From assembly GCF_009914755.1 (NCBI RefSeq), contig NC_060936.1: DNA of 64,000 nucleotides. One strand, 5' to 3'. This DNA is from the human T2T-CHM13v2.0 reference genome, Homo sapiens. This document shows, piece by piece, positions 38,381 to 54,345 of this stretch. The notes beneath the pieces are model-generated. The model did no database searches and had not been told where the DNA came from. It was given only the letters and a program-made list of their open reading frames with translations. The translations under genes and the position numbers were made by a program. How positions within the stretch are numbered: position 1 is the stretch's first letter; each line of letters opens with the position of its first letter.

Positions 38381-38878
38381 AAAGAAGTCATTATATGAAA
38401 AAGATACTTGCACACGCATGTTTATAGCGGCACAATTCGCAATGGCAAAAATGTGGAACCAACCCAAATACCCATCAATCAACGAGTTAATAAAGAAACT
38501 GTGGCATATGTATACGATGGAATATTACTCAGCCATAAAAAGGAATGAATTAATGGCATTCGCAGTGACCTGGATGAGATTGGAGACTGTTATTCTAAGT
38601 GAAGTAACTCGGGAATGGAAAACCAAACATCCTATGTTCTCACTCATAAGTGGGAGCTAAACCACGAGTATGTAAAGGCATAAGAATGACACAATGGACT
38701 TTGGGGATTCAAGGGGAGAGGGTGGGTAGAGGGTGAGGGATAAAAGATGTTGGGTGCAATGTATACTGCTCAGGTGATGAGTACATCAAAATCTCACACA
38801 TCACCACTAAAGAACTTACTCGTAACCAAAGACCATCTGTTCCCCAATAACCTATGGAGATAAAAAAAATTCAAAAAA
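38381..38878 (+). mobile_element. 5'-truncated L1 (L1PB-like): ORF2 C-terminus + 3'UTR
   Basis: Translates to KDTCTRMFIAAQFAMAKMWNQPKYPS..EYYSAIKRNE..WMRLETVILSEV; A-rich tail; TSD-like AATTG(C/T)CCTTATA. Confidence 0.93.
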
Positions 38879-39553
38879 AGAAAATTGTCCTTATATACAT
38901 GTCAGACAAAAGATTTAATTATATTTGGTAAGAACATTGTAGATTGTTTTGTAGTGTATTCTGAGAACTTATGTCAGAGGCCAGAAATGGCCATTGTTAC
39001 CAGAAGTAATGGAAGGAAAGGAAAAGTAAGGGTATGCTTACCATTTTAGGTAATCTGATTTCTGCATATTGTAGTGTAAAAATATGATAGTTCTATTCAA
39101 AATTTTGGAGAAACATTTGAACTTCGTTTATTTTAAATTAGGAAATCAGCTCAAATAGGCATTGGCCTTTGATTTAAGAGTGTTAAGTCATTCTTATGTA
39201 GAAATGTGCTATCTCCCGAGAAAGCATCAGTGTGGGATGCCTTCAGCTCATGCCATCCCCTCTTCCATTAGGAAGCATTTGTAAATGCTTAGCCGTGTTA
39301 GGGATCATGTTAGATATTGGGGGCAGTGACTCTGAAGAGATTGTGCGACATAATCTCAAAGAGCTTAGGGTCTGGTAGGGAGACAACCAAGCAAACAGCT
39401 ACTCTAAAATAGAGACATGCTTATGGCTTGAGTGAGTACATAAGAGGGGCACCTGACCCAGACTGGGAGGGAAGGAGGCACTTGTGAGATGCTTATGCTT
39501 GAACTGACTCCTGAAGAACAAATAAGAATTAGATTAATAAAGATGAGAGAGAA

Positions 39554-39867
39554 GGCTGGGTGAGGTGGCTCCTGCCTGTATTCCCAGCACCCTGGGAGGC
39601 TGAGGTGGGTAGATCACCTGAGGTCAGCAGCTCAAGACCAGCCCGGCCAACATGGTGAAACCTTCTTTCTACTAAAAGTACGAAAATTAGCTGGGCTTGG
39701 TGGTGCATGCCTGTAATCCTAGCCACTAGGGAGGCTGAGGCAGGAGAATCGCTTGAACCTGGGAACCTGGGAGGCGGAGGTTGCAGTGAGCCGAGATTGT
39801 GCCACTGCACTCCAGCCTGGACAACAGACAACAAAGCAAGAGTCCATCTCAAAAAAAAAAAAAAAAA
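39554..39867 (+). mobile_element. AluSx-like within an L2 region (~39270-40430)
   Basis: Full-length; internal gaacctgg duplication; TSD-like GATGAGAGAGA. Confidence 0.93.
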
Positions 39868-40077
39868 GGATGAGAGAGAGGAATATTTCAGGAGAAATAT
39901 GTAGGGAGAGAAAAGCTTGGTGTCCAAGAAAAGGGAATAAAGCTGGAGGATAGGATGGAGGGAGGGAGAGAAGAGAGATGAGTTGATAGGAGCCAGATCA
40001 CCAAGGGCCTGGGGTTCTCTGATAACATTTAAACAATTGTCTGAAGTGGGATAAAATCCAACACAGAAAAACAGGTA

Positions 40078-40136
40078 GCTATTATAGGATTATATTGGCT
40101 ATATAGGATTATATAGGCTGTATAGGATTATATTGG
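40078..40136. repeat. ~19-20-bp minisatellite, 3 copies
   Basis: (ct.tataggattatat.gg) repeated three times. Confidence 0.85.
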
Positions 40137-40579
40137 AGGATTTGTATTGCCAGTGGTGATTAGTATTTTAAAAAGTTAAGAACAAAGATGAAAATAAATT
40201 TGGATATAGTAGAAATGGAAAGGTGGAGAAAACTTGACTTTACTTGGTAAGTAGCTGAATGTGGAGGGTTAAGGGGAAAGAGAGGTTTAAGACTATTCTC
40301 AGATTTCTGTTGGACAAGTGAGTAAAAAAGAAACACATATGTAGATCACTTTTGGGTGAAGGGAGATGGAAAGACGTGCCTACTTTCCTTAATGAGTAAG
40401 AGGAGGAGAGGTGAGATGTCAGAACATCTCTGCTCACAAATGTGTGTTGTGTGGATGCTTCAGAGTTTGGCACGCCTGTATTTGCTACTTTCAATTGGTG
40501 CTAAAACTTCGTCATTGCACCTTTATTTTTGCTGGCATATTATTTCTTTTGATAATAAAGACTTTTGGTTATAAGTGAT

Positions 40580-40950
40580 TGTCTCAATATGTTTGAGCTG
40601 CTGTAACAAAATACTATAAACTAGGCAGCTTATAAACAACAGGAATTGATTTCTCACAGTTTTGAAAGCTGGGAGGTCCAAGATCAAGGTGCTAGCAGAT
40701 ATGGTGCCTGTAGAGGCCCCACTTCCTTGTTCAAAGTGGCTTTCTTTTTGCTGTGTCCTTACATGGAGGTCGGGGGCAAGGGAATTCTCTGGGGCCTGTT
40801 TTCAAAAGGCATGAATCCCTATAATGAGGATTTCATTCAGATGACCTAATCACCTCCCAGATGCCTCACCTCCAAATACCATTACACTGGGCATTAGGAT
40901 TTAACATAGGAATTTTCAAGGACACACACATTGTGTTCTTGTCATTAGCA
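40580..40950 (-). mobile_element. MLT1A-type solo LTR
   Basis: gctgctgtaacaaaatac..ttctcacagtt..gtccaagatcaaggt..atgacctaatcacctccc; TSD GTGA(T/C). Confidence 0.88.
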
Positions 40951-41534
40951 GTGACATGAGCACAATTCAGGAAAGGTGGAGCCTCTTGCTTGTCTGAACC
41001 AAAGAGCTCTAATGAGGCCATGAGGACTCTGTTTCTTTCTTCATCTCTTGGTCCGGCTATGGTGATCTTCATGACCATTGGCAACCTAGAGTTTTCTCCC
41101 TAATTCTCTCTGAAGTGCTCTGTGGAGGACTTTAGGTATCCTGACTTGGGGAATGGTAGGGATACTTTGTCTAGGCCAAGGCCTTGTTCCTGCACTTACA
41201 GTCTGGCATATGAGTGGAAAGGAGGCAGGTTTGTCTGTGTGACACTATATGGAATAGGTTCACCAACAGGAAACACACTCTGTTAGGAGGAAGGGCAAGG
41301 TATTCTTGGAAGGTGGGAGGATCACAGAGGTCGGTGAAACCTATGAAGTCCTCTTCTGTTCTACTCTCATGACCCTTGGCAATAAGTAGTATTCTTGGTT
41401 TCAACTCCATCATAAATGCAATATTTGAAATCATGTAGGCCCACAGAATTATGAGGTGGTCACCTATAGGAGATAGTTGATTCATATAGATATGCGTGCA
41501 CAAGCATGTGTTTGTGTTGGATTATTATCTGTCT

Positions 41535-41734
41535 CGAGGGTGAGCATCTTGTGGGGCAAACCCACCCTGCAGTCTGTTTTTTTAAACCAGCCACGCCCAT
41601 TCATTTATGTGTTGTCTGTGTCTGCTTTCTCTCTACAATGTCAGGGTTTAGTAGTTGTGACAGAGACCTTGGGGCTTGCAAAGCCTAAAATATTTACTAT
41701 CTGGCCCTTAACCGAAAAAGTTTGCCAACCCCTG
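41535..41734 (-). mobile_element. MER58A
   Basis: gcaaagcctaaaatatttactatctggccctt..aaaaagtttgccaacccctg. Confidence 0.85.
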
Positions 41735-44700
41735 ATCTAAATGGAAACACATAATTTTAAAACTCTTCTGGCAAACTTACTGATCCCTGAGAGCACATCT
41801 GGACATTCTCAGGGGTTCTCCGACCACAGTTGAGAAACACAGGTCTACGATGTAATTGTTAGGAGTGAAAGCTCAAGGTCAGACTTAGAGATGTAAAATT
41901 TTACAGACTTCCCTTTCCCTGAGACCACACTACAGTGAGCACTATCTGTGACTTTTGCAGAACTTGGCAAGCATGCTGCCTAGGAGACTATACTAGCAGT
42001 AAGTGACTAGATGGCATGGACCCCATGCTACTATAATCGTTACAGGTTTTGTCCCAACTAATCCTATCTGAGTGTGCTGGCGAGCAGCGATTTTCATGCA
42101 ACTGTAAGTCTTTGTGTGCTGGTCCCATCAGCCCCTGTCACGTGGTCCTGGCAGTCCTGTTTGGCCTGCAGGAAGTGCCTGCTGTTTCATCTCAGAATGG
42201 CTGCTTCTACGATGCTCGAGTTGCTGTTTGTTAACTTGGGCCCCCTCTGCCTCCTTAGCTGCAAGCCTGTGTTTCCAAGCAGTTGTTTCCCAGCTGTCTG
42301 TTGCTTTGTTACATTGTTTCAGGCTGTGCTTCAATGTGCTCTCCAAGTGTTTTGCTTGACCTCCCCATGGGTATCTGCCTTGCTTTAGCTCAGTGCTAAG
42401 CAGCAGTTTGGTATTCTTCTGGTATCCATTTTTCTCATGTGGTCAGCCTACTGGTCCTGATTTTCTGTGATTGAGGTTTTGACACTTGCAAAGTGACTCT
42501 GCATCATTGCTTGGTTGTTGACAGACTCGTCTTCATGCTTTTTTGTTCTTTGGGCTACCCAGGAGTCACCTTTGATAAAATGTCAGTAACATACTGCTGT
42601 GATAGGATTTTTTTTTTTTTTCTTATTGGCAAGAAAAAGCCATGTTTTTGCCGTGATCTGGATTGCTATCTTCTGTACTTTTTGAGACTCCCCATTTGTC
42701 AAATGGTTGCAGTTTGAATGTGGTTGTCCTCAGGTAGGAAAGTCAGTGTCAGGACCCAGGATTGCCTACTGCAGAGTTATATCTGATTCTTATGTTTTTC
42801 AGGAATGTTGTTAATTTATGTGGCTAGAAATGTGAATTTTACAAAATAGTAACAATTGGCTTTTCAAAATCTGTAGCTGAAATGTTGGTTTGTAGATTTA
42901 AAATAATACATGGGTTAATTGAGTGGAAAATGCTGCCTTGGATATGATTTTTAATAGTGAATTTGAAAAATGACTAATTTTATATGCATGTGAAATGAAA
43001 TTGTAAGTCCTGACAAGTAAATGGAATATGTTTTAGCCAACAGCTACCTGTACTTAAAAACAAAACCCCAAAAACCTGCTCATTTGATTTTCAGTAAGAG
43101 TCTATTAAAAATTCTTAAATCAGAAACCAGGTAGTAAACAATTTCTGTAAAAGCCGATTTTCAAGTGGAGACATTTTGACCTGGAGCTAGTGAATTCAAT
43201 GAAAAAAACAAAAAACAAAAAACAAAAAAAGCTAAGAGAGACACATTATATCCAATGTATGTTATAATACTTATTTAAAGGGTATCATAATATTTTGAGT
43301 TTGGGGAAAGTTCAATCCTAATGTTAATGTTTATGAGGAAATGTGTAATATTCATGCATTTCTATGCAATTCTCTACTTGCCACAAGCCAAAGAAGAAAC
43401 AATCAATTTACAAATAACACAGAGGCAGTAAATTTGTTGGTGGTGATGCTAGCTAGGCCTATTGTAATTCCATAATTCTGTAGTTTTTTTTCAACCTGCA
43501 AGTGGTGAATTGCTAATGTTGCTGGGAGCCAAAGATATGGTGATATGTGAAAGTGTCCAGGCAGCGCTTACATTATGTAAGGCTTGGAGGTATTTTGATG
43601 TCAGTAAAATACTTTATGGGAGTAATAGGAAAATGTGTACTGTTGAAATCATATCCAGAAAATTCAGAGTTTATGTTGAATTTTATTTCCCAACTCACAT
43701 TTGAGGTTTACAAGTTTTGCTTAGTGTGCTTGGTGCTACTCGATCAATTGAGACACAGTTCCTCTCTGGTGGGGGTTCATGTCTGTGTCCAGACATCTTG
43801 TTGGCTGTGCTCTAATCACAGTGATCATTTTGAGCTGTTGTTAAGAAAAACATGGCTTCCAACATAGATGCCTTGTTTTCTCCAACAAATATTTAAGCTA
43901 TATTGCCACCTCCATTTTAGTTGTTTCTCTTTAGATCTGGCTGTCATAATTTATCTGTTTTGCTTCATCCAAGATGATTGCTGTAAACAGGCATAGGGTG
44001 CTGTCTTCCCTTCTAGGCAGCCCAGTAATTCCATCTCAGATAATTTCTAGTTACCTGTTGGATACTTACGTGAAGGTCTGAATAAATTATGATCATTACG
44101 AACATGATACATGAGTAATGAATTAAAAGAAATATTTAAAAGTTTTATATTTTAAGTCTCCAGGGAGTAAGGCATTGAGAAAATGGGGTAAATATTTCTT
44201 GTCGAAGAGAAATCAAATATGGGTGAATCATTGACTACTGGGAGTCCTTGGGTTTATTCTCAGATCTTTCACTTTTTGGCAGTATTCTGGAAGCAAGTTA
44301 GTGACTTGACTGAAGCTCAGTTTGCACATCTGTGAAGAGGACAGTAATTTCTGGTCTCATAGGGCTGTTAAGAGCATGGAATGGAATCCAATTCGGCTTC
44401 ATCTATCTTTATTTTTCATGTAATCTGTCAGGCACCATGTTAGTGGAATGTCTTGTAAATAATGAATCGTATAGCCTCTGGTCTCAAGGATCTCATAAAC
44501 CTACTGGACAGATATTATGTATTTTGGTTTCCTACATGACATCCAAGTTCATGAATCTTTTGAATTCTTTCCATACAACCCAGGATGCAAGCTTCTGGTA
44601 AGACAAATGGATATTTATTAAGATCCTGTAAGAAACAAGGCAGAAAATTAAAGTCATTAGGAGTATAGAAATAAAAGATTTCTTGGGCTTTCACCTCTGT

Positions 44701-45674
44701 AAACTTGAGGAGTTTGGCTAAGTCAGTAGTTGGAAGCGTAGTAAGGTCAGAAGTCACCGTCAACTTCCGTTAAATCCCAAAGCTTACAATTATTTAACAG
44801 AGGATCACCTACGCTAACAGAATGTTGGGATTTTGTTTGTTTGGGGTTTTGGTAAATAATTATATACATTCAGGGGTCTTAGTACTGGGTAGCTTATATA
44901 AGTCCAAAAATATGATTGTTAGCCTTGCCTTTTGATTAATAAAATGGGGGAAATATGTTGTTAAAAAAAAAAACGAAAAAGGGCAAGAAACTATTTGAAA
45001 ACCAGGCATTGGGTTGAATTGGAAGTGAATACACTTCAAAAGGTCTGAGGAGAAAATATTAGAAACCACTGATTTGGATAATGTCTAATAGCTCTTTTAA
45101 CTCTTAGTCTTTTACCTAAATATCCTTGATATTTACAGCATAGTAAAATCTGGTTTTCCAAGGATTCTGATGAAAGAAAAGAAAAAAAATGAAAACAGAT
45201 GGACAATCTGAGAAGTAACTAGTGATTGATGGTAAATGTGAACAATGCTTCAGAAAGGAAATGAAATGTCTGCAGCAGATAGAAGTGTGTAAATTTTGCC
45301 TTCACTTTAGAGCTAGAATCACTATGAGTGGTAGCATTTCAGAATCAGAAGAATGGAAAGCTCAGTTGATTATCATCACACATAGGAGTAAAAGGAAAGG
45401 TTCACATTTTTATTGACAGCTCATATCGAAAAGACAGCTCCTCTTAGAGAGAAGTGAATTCTCCACCTTCTTGTTGTTTCTTCTGCCACCTTTGCCCTCA
45501 TACAGCACGCTCTATCTTCATCTTCTTCCCTTTTCCCTCCTCCTTTCCTGTCTTTTCTTATCTTCCTCCATTCTCTCCCCATTTCCTTTCTGTGCTCCCT
45601 CTCCTTTCTGCACTCACCTCCTTCACCTTTCATCTGTAGGTGACACTAAACCAAGGTTTAAGAAGAGCCACCTT

Positions 45675-46020
<346 letters not shown>

Positions 46021-46464
46021 TTACCTCATTCAGTTCTGGACACAGGAGGGGTCTCCAAATCATGCTGCGTGGGCCAGGGAGTCTGATGGAAGAAGTCATA
46101 CTTGAGTTATGGCTGTCTCAGGGATGCTGTGAGTTGACTAGCTTGCTGGGAGGCTGGAGTCTGGCTCACACATTCAGAACATTTGCAGGTTACTGAGACA
46201 ACCAGTACCAAGGACTTGTTCTGGAGACTAACCAGATATGGAAAACACTGAGGTAGGCAGAAATCAGTTTGTGATGGGCTATTGATGGTAAACTAAGGAG
46301 CTAAATGGAAAGCTCTGGCAAACCCTTGAATGAGAGAGAAATGATCTAACAGAGAATCCTCTAACAGAAGTAGGATGAACAGATTAAAGGAAAAAGTAGG
46401 GGGAGACCAGGTGGGAATCTTTCGCACCAAGTCAGGAAGGAAATAGAGTTGTCACAAAAGCTGA

Positions 46465-47263
<799 letters not shown>

Positions 47264-47619
47264 GTCATAGTGTATGACTGTCTGGCTTCTCATAGTATTT
47301 TCTGTGTGAAAAAACACAGGAGGAAAGTAGTTTTGAGAGGATGGATATACAGTTTGTTTTTGGGCATGCTGAATTTGAGGCTCCACTGGCTCTGAAACTT
47401 TTGTAGAGTTACAAGCAAATAGTATCAATGTCTTAACAAAATACTTAATTCATTTATTGTGCACTTGATAGGTGCCAGCCTGTGTCCTAAGCATTTCACA
47501 TGGACTGTCTCATTTATTTCTTATAATAATCACGTGAGGTGTAGAAATCATTATTGCGAGGGAAATTAAGCACAACAATGTTAAGTGATTTCACTGAAGT
47601 TACACATTTAGAAAGTGGT

Positions 47620-47860
47620 GGGATATTGTGTAATTCCATTTGTTTGAAATGCTCAGAAAAGGCAAATCTGTAGAGGCAGAGAGTAGATTAGTTGTTGACT
47701 GGCATTGAGAATGGGATTATTGTAAATGAACATTAGGGATCTTAAATGATTTATGGTGATGGTTGCACCACTTGGTAAATTTACTAAAAATCGTTGAATT
47801 GTGTACTTGAAACCGGTAAATTTTATATGAAAAATAAATATTTAGAAAGTTGTAAAAAAG
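47620..47860 (+). mobile_element. Old L1 (L1ME/MC) 3' fragment
   Basis: aattccattt..aaaaggcaaatct.tagag.cagagagtagattagt.gttg..ggtgatggttgcac..tgaattgt.tactt. Confidence 0.7.
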
Positions 47861-48420
47861 TAAAAGGATTTCAAATTGGAATTGTTATATTTAATTTTAG
47901 GTGTTTTCAGTGGATTATAATAGAAAAATGCTCTTAAATGTAGTAGAGTGCTTCCTTATCAGAAAGGTGCCCTGGAAATTGTGTCTGTCCTTTTTTTTAT
48001 TTTCCTTTTTAAAAAACAAAAGGTATTTGGGTCTTTTATTTCTATGCTAGTGTTTCAGATGTTTGTTGATTACTACCTACGAAGCATTTTCCTGTTACTT
48101 CCTGGAACCTGCTGTTCCTGATCTCTTTCAGGATAATGTTCTAGATAGCTAAGCTGGCTTCCACCTCCCTCATTTTCCTTCGCTTCCTCTCTTCCTGCTG
48201 AATTCAGGAATTGTGTTAGGGACCGTGAATTTTTTTTAAAAGGATAATTAAAATGTTGTCACATAGCTCACATTCTAAAATTAGATATTAAAAAAAGTCA
48301 GTGGGGGTTTCCTCATAGAAACAAGGGAAGACCTTTACTGAGATTGCTTCTCAGTTTATTGGTCTTCATTTGTTTTTTGGCTCATGGGACTTGAACATAG
48401 GTAGGGTACAACTTTATTTA

Positions 48421-49351
48421 CATAGGAGCCAAGAGAAAACTTCCTCTTGCTATCTCTAGGTTTGCTAAAAATCAGCTGACAAAAGGCAGATTAATAGAAA
48501 AGGCATACAAATCTGCCAGGCACGGTGGCTCGCACCTGTAATCCCAGCACTTTAGGAGGCCAAGGCGGGAGGATCACGAGGTCAGGAGTTCGAGACCAGG
48601 CTGGCCAAGATGGTGAAACCCTGTCTCTACTAAAAATACAAAAAATTAACCAGGCATGGTGGCGGGTGCCTGTAATCCCAGCTATTCAGGAGGCTGAGGC
48701 AGAGAATTGCTTGAACCCGAGAGGTGGAGGTTGCAGTGAGCCAAGACGAGATCACGCCACTGCACTCCAGCCTGGGCGACAGAACGAGACTCCATTTCAA
48801 AAAAAAAAAACAAAAAAGAAAAGGCATACAAATCTTTTAACATGCATAAGGGGAAAATCAGAGTGATGACACCACCATGCAGTGAGATATGGATGTTTAT
48901 ATCCCCTTTTTCTTAGGGGAAAAGGAGATGGGAAAGTGTGGATGATTTTAGGGGGATAGGAAATGATTTTTAGGGGATTTCGGTGGGCTTGAAAAATATT
49001 CAGTGGTCTGGAACAAAGTCTGTTGGCCACGCAGAGCACACAGTGGTTTGTGACAAGTCTGTCCAGGTGTACTGACAGACTTCAGACTTTCTTCCTGCAG
49101 TAAGAGTTCAGTGAATGAAAACTCAGAGAAGCAACCAGAGGTAGTTCTTTTCTTTGTTGGGTCTGGACTTTAGGCAGATAAGGAAACTTTAAAGAAGGAC
49201 TTCATCTTCTGCCTTGAAAGAGAGAGAATTGAGAGACAGGATGGTGGGGGATGGGATGGTAGGGATGGGGTAGGGATATCAACCTTGAAGCTGCCCGTTC
49301 AGTTCAGCATGTCAAAAAACCATTTGGGATATTGGTTTCTGAGCCCTAACA
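48421..49351 (-). mobile_element. ERV1 solo LTR (MER34/MER39/LTR29-like) interrupted by an Alu
   Basis: Ends ttcagttcagcatgtcaaa..ggtttctgagccctaaca (reverse complement of a TGTT.GG.CTCAGAAACC start); ctgacaaaaggcagattaatag; 4-bp TSD TTTA. Confidence 0.7.
48515..48816 (+). mobile_element. AluSg-like inserted in the LTR
   Basis: 19-bp TSD AGAAAAGGCATACAAATCT. Confidence 0.95.
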
Positions 49352-49714
49352 TTTAGAATATTTCACATTTTACTGTAGCTGCTGTAAAAGGTTCCCTGTG
49401 ACTGTATCAGCCATGAGTCCTGTAGAAATCAGATAATGACAACAGAAGCAATTACTTCCTTCTCCCCTCCGCTCGTATTATCATCATCTACTTTTGTTAT
49501 TTTCATTAGGAAGTAGTGTATTAGATCATCCAATGTTACGTGAAATTGAAGAGGGATAAGAGGTGTTTTGATTCTTTTGCTTGGTTTTGGAAAACTTGGT
49601 GTCTAAATTGTTTCTTCTTTTTTGGGGTCAAATGAATCTAATTTTGAATGCAATAGGGAATTTTTCGATATATTTTTGGTATATCTTTGGGCAAATGGCA
49701 ACTTGATATGCTAG

Positions 49715-50185
<471 letters not shown>

Positions 50186-50718
50186 TGTCTGGTACATTTT
50201 TGCTGAGTGCCAGTTAAATGTAGGGGTGGACATACTATCAGGTGCCCGGATTTATCACCGAATCTAAGTAATGTGTGTTTAAGATTGCACTATAGTCTAC
50301 CATGTGTTACATCATTCACTAATAGAAAATGATAACATTGACACAGAAAGCCAAGACTTAAGGTTAGTGAAATGCTTATAAGCCTCTTCTGCTTCTGACA
50401 TATAAGTACTGTATTGCTCTTTCTGCAATTTGTTGATACAGGGCTCTGCAGTGAGAAAGAAAGGTATATATAGAGGAGATAATACTTACCTGGTCCTGTA
50501 GAAATAAAACAGAAATAAAAACCTCCACATGTAAAGCATCACGAATCTTAAGGGTGGAAGCTGATAGGGTGATTTAGGGATGTTTGTACCAATGAGGAAT
50601 ATATATCACCTCTGCCTTTGTGTGCCCAGAAGTTGAGGTCCTTCAAGCAGTTCTGTGATAAAATTCTTTCTCACATTCGGAACCTGCTCCCAAGACAAAT
50701 GTATTATCTGTTTGCTGA

Positions 50719-51085
<367 letters not shown>

Positions 51086-51558
51086 TAAGCGTCTTATCTT
51101 AGGCACTTAACTTGAACAAATAAAAACCAGCTCTTTAAAATATTCTAAACATTTGACAAATGCAAAGCAGGAAATCAATTATACAATATACTTTAAATTT
51201 TCAAGGTACCTCTATTATTTATCCAGAAGACATTCATTTAGTAAATTGTTTAGCACTGAGAATGGGTCAGGAATTTTACTAGGTTTGAAATTACAAATTG
51301 TTAGCTCAGTTTTTTATTTAGCTTCAATTATGTTGTAAAAAACCAAACCAAAGCAAAACAGAACAAAATAAAGTCGCCAACAAAGTAGCCTAATTTCCTG
51401 TAATCAGGAAATTTTATTCCCTGACTCATATTTCCAGCTTTCTTAATTAAAACAATTAAAAAGGAGTTGGCAACAGTGGTCTTATATCCATGAAACCAAG
51501 TAGCAGGAGCAAAAGAGTGCCTGCCCTCTCATTACCAGTTTTATAAATGAGAACTTAA

Positions 51559-51689
51559 CCCATTTATGCCTGGTGTTCCATTATTGGAACACTAAGCTTA
51601 TGGGAGTTATTTATATCCTACTGCTCAAGGTCATTGCCAAGGTCTGATTTTTTACACACACAAAAATTGCAACCTCTGGCATAAATGGA
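51559..51689 (+). mobile_element. MER85 piggyBac (PGBD3-derived) MITE
   Basis: TTAA at 51555-58 and 51690-93; TIRs CCCATTTATGCC / GGCATAAATGGA; palindrome GTTCCATTATTGGAAC at 51575-90. Confidence 0.93.
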
Positions 51690-52557
51690 TTAAGGAACAC
51701 AGAATTAGGCAGTATCCATAAAGACACAAAACTGGTTATTGGGCTTGATTTGAAACTTCATCTAATCCAATTAAAAAGCAAAAATCAAAAAACTGCTCCA
51801 TCTATTCTTTCACATTGCAGGGTATTGTGGAAGTTGCAAAACTAAGCAAGACATGAACTAATATTAACTACATATGGTAATGCTAGAAATCAGTTAAACC
51901 TGAATTATACCTGTAGATCCTCATATCACCGTTGTAAATCCAGGCAGGGGTTTTAATTCCCAGGTTTCAGAAAGGGAAGCTGCAGAAGCCCAGAACATAA
52001 AGTATTCATGGCCACAAATCTATTAAGTGACGGAGTCCATATTTGAACCCTGGGCCCCTGTGCCCTGGTGTTGGAGCTTTTGGGATACTGTGAACGTCAA
52101 GGGTTGGCTCACCATCTGAATACTAAGCCTGAACTCAGAAGATGTGTTTTTCTTATGTGTAGGTTGAACCACATGACAGGGCCATTTTTGCCTGCTAAGA
52201 ATGAGCAAAAATTCATATGGTTCAATGGGTACTTCTAAAACATACCCATGCCCTATTATTTCTGATATGTTTTACTTTTATGTTTGTGGAAATTTAACTC
52301 CTCATAGGAAAATGGAAGTTGGTAGTATACCATAGGAAAATAGGAAGTTTTAGACAAGTTTATTAAGATTCATATAGAAATTGTGGATCCAAATAAACAG
52401 ATTAAACATAGGATTTAGGATTTAGCCCTACAGATACCACATTCATGCCCATTCTATAATCTGTAGAGTTTAATCCTATTGATTATAAAAATGAAGCAGT
52501 ACTTTTCCCTTTTAACATATATATTCAGAAAACTGGGTGCTAGTATATAGAGCTTAA

Positions 52558-52915
<358 letters not shown>

Positions 52916-53584
52916 TGGATGATTATATTTTAAATAACCCTGAATCATTAAGCACAGTTACAAAATAAGCAAAGACTGAAAATCAGTAAAATATTCACTT
53001 AAAAATTTTAGTGACTCTTACTTTGCAGATGGTAGACTCTTGGGAAATAGTTATTAGTGAATAAGTGAAAATATCATGCAACACAGGTACAACTGTGAGC
53101 AAATGCCTTTTCCTTTTTTATACCTAATTACTCATGTAGCAATTTCCTTTGGGCATATGCCTGATTGAGGAAACATGATTCTATGTCTCTCTGTCTTTTT
53201 TTTTTTTTTTTTTTCGTAATGTCATAGTGTAGGGTAAAGAGCACAGTTTTGGCCCCAAGTAACCTTGGATACATCTTCTGATTCCCTTGGTTTTCTAACT
53301 GTTGTGACCACAGGCAAGTTATGCATTCTCGTAGATTCTTACTTAACTGCATAATGGAAATGTTTTCTGTATGCTACGAGAGTTTGAAATGAAACGTAAG
53401 TTCATGGCAAATAGTACAGGCTAGGCAAACAGTAGTCTTTACTAATTTATTTGTTTGTTGAAACTTTTTATAATTAAATATTTGCAATTAAAGTGATGCC
53501 AATTTTGAAGTGCAATTATTCATTTAACTGATCTCTACACTTGCATATTTTCTGTTTTTTTGTCTGTTTCTTGGGAGGAGGAAC

Positions 53585-54345
53585 AGGTTTATTGATACAT
53601 AATTCACATATATACAGTTCACACATTTAAACTCAAACTCAATGGTTTTTAGTATATTCATAGGTGTCTGTGACTGTCTCTACAATGATTAGAATATTAT
53701 AATCACTTCTAAAAGAAACCCTGTATCTTTTAGCTATCACCCACCTATACCTTCATGTCCCCGACCCCAGCCCTCTGCAACCACGAATATACTGTCTATA
53801 TAAGTTTGCATGTTTTAGAATATTTTTGTAAATGGAATTATATGTGGTCTTTCATAACTGGCCTCTTTTACTTAGCAAAATATTTATAAGGTTTATCATG
53901 TTGTAGCATGCATCAGTAGTTCATACCTTTTTATAGCCAAATACAATTCCATTGTATGAATATTAAACATTTTATATTAAATATTAAATATTAAATATTT
54001 TCATCAGCTGATGGCCATTTGAGTTGTTTCCACCTGTTGGTGATTGTGGATGAATAGTACTGCCTTGAACAATATTTTACAAGTTTTTCCTTGAAAACCT
54101 GTTTTTAATTCTTTTGGGTATATATGTAGCAGTGGAACTGCAGATACGATCATTATCTGTTTAATCATTTGAGGAGCTGCTGCACTGTTTTCCAAAGTGA
54201 CTGCCTTATTTTACATTCCCACCAGCAGTGTTGATGTCACCAGCGCTTGTTGTTATCTGTCTTTGATTCTAGTGAGTATGAAATGCTATCTCGTTGTTTT
54301 ATGTTTTCTTGATGATTAGTACTTTTGAACGTCTTTTCACATGTT
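53585..54345 (-). mobile_element. L1MB-type 3' end
   Basis: tttattga.a.ataattcacata..aaaagaaaccctgta..catgttgtagcatg..ttttacattcccaccagcagtg. Confidence 0.85.

Noticed and set aside
38232-38660. 142-aa ORF with a recognisable protein motif
   Set aside because: C-terminus of L1 ORF2 in a 5'-truncated L1 copy fused to flanking sequence; not a host gene.
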